Origin: a virus | Lineage: Duplodnaviria > Caudoviricetes | Length of the DNA stretch: 56,425 nucleotides | Strand: one strand, 5' to 3' | IMG/VR virus record: IMGVR_UViG_3300032212_000010 | Span: 1 to 56,425 of that record | Part shown: piece by piece, positions 56,232 through 56,425 of the stretch | Numbering within the stretch: the first letter of the stretch is position 1 | How the letters are laid out: each line of letters starts with the position of its first letter | Notes under the pieces: model-generated | Database searches by the model: none | What the model was told of the DNA's origin: nothing | The model's input: only the letters and a program-made list of their open reading frames with translations | Position numbers and translations under genes: made by a program

Positions 56232-56425
56232 ATGTCGTTTGCTCGTTTATTTTCAGCCTCTTTTTTCAGTTTAATACTATCGTCCGCTCAAGCCGGTGTT
56301 ATTGAAATGCCTGTCATCGAAGAGGCACCGTCATTGCACGGCACCTCTATTTATGAAAACTACAATATTCCCAGCATTAACAACCGCGACCCTGACCCGG
56401 TCAACGGGCCACGCTTGTGGGTTAA
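56232..56425 (+). CDS. TpsB-like protein, 5' part (runs off the window)
   Basis: MSFARLFSASFFSLILSSAQAGVIEMPVIEE...NIPSINNRDPDPVNGPRLWV aligns with AGFLDMPEI...DVPSVRDRDPDPESGPRLNV of 11505. Confidence 0.8.
   Translation, partial: MSFARLFSASFFSLILSSAQAGVIEMPVIEEAPSLHGTSIYENYNIPSINNRDPDPVNGPRLWV

Larger units (their letters stand above)
53894..56425. mobile_element. Start of a second related element in tandem (continues beyond the window)
   Basis: Diverged copy of the left arm, then different cargo. Confidence 0.82.

Overview
Gammaproteobacterial-type chromosome segment. The left end holds the 5' part of tuf and tRNA-Thr(GGT), tRNA-Gly(TCC) and tRNA-Tyr(GTA) on the minus strand. An apparently complete ~53.1 kb temperate prophage follows, integrated at the anticodon loop of tRNA-Thr(TGT); only the 46-nt 3' half of that tRNA is present, at 750-795 and again at 53894-53939. 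The phage has a lambda-like head/packaging module, a Mu-like contractile tail, an O-like initiator with DnaB, a minimal repressor, a tandem-domain Xis and a lambda-type integrase. Cargo is heavy: a Calx-beta lipoprotein with a TpsA/TpsB two-partner secretion system, a CD-NTase/SLATT (CBASS-type) pair, ApeA-like HEPN, putative AbiC, two PD-(D/E)XK proteins, a DUF3800 gene with its own structured upstream ncRNA, and two divergent copies of a 'GNAT-like + two microproteins' module. From 53894 a second, related but diverged element begins in tandem. It repeats the first ~2 kb and carries a different TpsB homologue in the same cargo slot. Comparing the two copies exposes conserved non-coding elements: an outward stable-RNA-type promoter, Int arm and IHF sites, a SymR-like leader and a structured antisense sRNA. 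All family calls come from motif recognition by eye; no searches were run.
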